The position numbers and the translations under genes were made by a program. The notes below the pieces were generated by a model. That model saw only the letters and a list, made by a program, of their open reading frames with translations, was not told the origin of the DNA and ran no database searches. DNA of 63,457 nucleotides, counting the filler, from Basidiobolus ranarum (Eukaryota), in NCBI GenBank assembly GCA_040143965.1. It is 2 parts of 2 records of this genome, joined end to end, with 100 filler letters (N's around TTAATTAATTAA, not from the genome) between each part and the next. Parts side by side here need not be neighbours in the genome. Positions count along the whole stretch, not along the records: positions 31,894 to 63,457 come from JASJQH010006964.1; 1 more part is not named here. One strand, written 5' to 3'. Below, one piece after another: positions 63,304 to 63,457 of this stretch. The first letter of the stretch is position 1; every line of letters starts with the position of its first letter.

Positions 63304-63457
63304 GGCTGCCTTGAACGTGTTCTTAATTTATACATAATTTAAATAGGAAATCATTACTAAACTTGATATATATCAGACCTTATGCTTTATTACCCAAAAC
63401 ATTAACCAAAGATGTGAATCAACAATTGAAGAGTGGCTTAGATCCTCTCAAAATTAG

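Overview
Gene-dense eukaryotic DNA with many short (about 50-120 nt) GT-AG introns, from an early-diverging fungus. A Zoopagomycota/Mucoromycota grade, Basidiobolus-like organism is my best guess; this is inferred from gene content and intron style, not proven. I read 17 protein-coding genes by splicing exons manually: PRDX5-type peroxiredoxin, G-protein gamma subunit, cAMP-receptor-like GPCR, Tof1/Timeless, a degenerate MoxR/ChlI-type AAA+ protein, Cdc25 RasGEF, ML/NPC2 lipid-binding protein, SLC35F-like transporter, Thi20-like ThiD-TenA fusion, mitochondrial carrier, C2H2 transcription factor, SAS-4/CPAP, NBAS/Sec39, PPZ phosphatase, GCN2, kynureninase and INTS10. There are also two CpG-depleted Ty1/copia remnant islands sharing one LTR family, and a 100-nt scaffold gap. 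Highlights: (1) a full-length Integrator subunit INTS10 orthologue that the ORF track fragments beyond recognition; (2) a compact centriole protein SAS-4/CPAP; (3) a putative thiamine-salvage gene trio; (4) the same inverted-LTR architecture at two loci; (5) a GCN2 gene with about 40 introns and micro-exons as small as 6 nt. Homology calls rest on remembered family motifs, not database searches, and exon boundaries are manual predictions.
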